From a virus, in the IMG/VR virus record IMGVR_UViG_3300042874_000422, positions 13,540 to 77,539 of that record: a stretch of DNA of 64,000 bases, one strand, 5' to 3'. The position numbers and the translations under genes are program-made. The notes beneath the pieces were generated by a model that searched no databases, was not told the origin of the DNA, and saw nothing but the letters and a program-made list of their open reading frames with translations. Positions 63,930 to 64,000 of this stretch are shown one piece after another (within the stretch, counting starts at the first letter, position 1; each line of letters opens with the position of its first letter).

Positions 63930-64000
63930 ATGGCGAATCAGCAGCAAGCGGTCGATTTCGAAGTACAGATCAACACCGAAGGCGTTCAGGAATTCGGTGG
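63930..64000 (+). CDS. start of a probable ssDNA-binding protein (partial)
   Basis: Strong RBS and position after the Sak4-like gene; function inferred from synteny only. Confidence 0.4.
   Translation, partial: MANQQQAVDFEVQINTEGVQEFG

Overview
GC-rich, gene-dense viral DNA: a phage or prophage whose genome runs past both ends of the window. Left arm (1-19.3 kb, almost all minus strand): early/accessory genes, including a tyrosine recombinase, Rnl2-like RNA ligase, AlkB-like dioxygenase, dCMP deaminase, rIIA/rIIB, SprT-like and DUF2786 proteins and a myxobacterial-type Cys-rich lipoprotein. Middle (19.9-57 kb): lysis cassette, paralogous beta-rich spike-like proteins, membrane-anchored muralytic enzymes, thyX, a GT2, two candidate single-jelly-roll capsid proteins, a transglutaminase-like Cys enzyme and about 15 small membrane proteins with recurring (L/M)xG(L)G motifs. 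Right end (58-64 kb): replication/recombination genes (SF3-like helicase, SNF2 helicase, PD-(D/E)xK nuclease, Sak4-like ATPase, probable SSB). I recognise no terminase, portal, HK97 capsid or tail genes. The best reading, which is an inference, is a large tailless internal-membrane virus, probably of Myxococcota. Patterns read directly from the DNA: (i) a conserved GGACACACCCC-ATG leader on 8 left-arm genes plus a structured intergenic RNA carrying its exact antisense; (ii) a YGTCNGAC-N8-TAnnnT promoter-like class with about 14 copies; (iii) apparently leaderless structural genes; (iv) a tRNA-like element upstream of the capsid gene; (v) two genes broken by foreign DNA. All protein calls come from motifs recognised by eye; no database searches were run.
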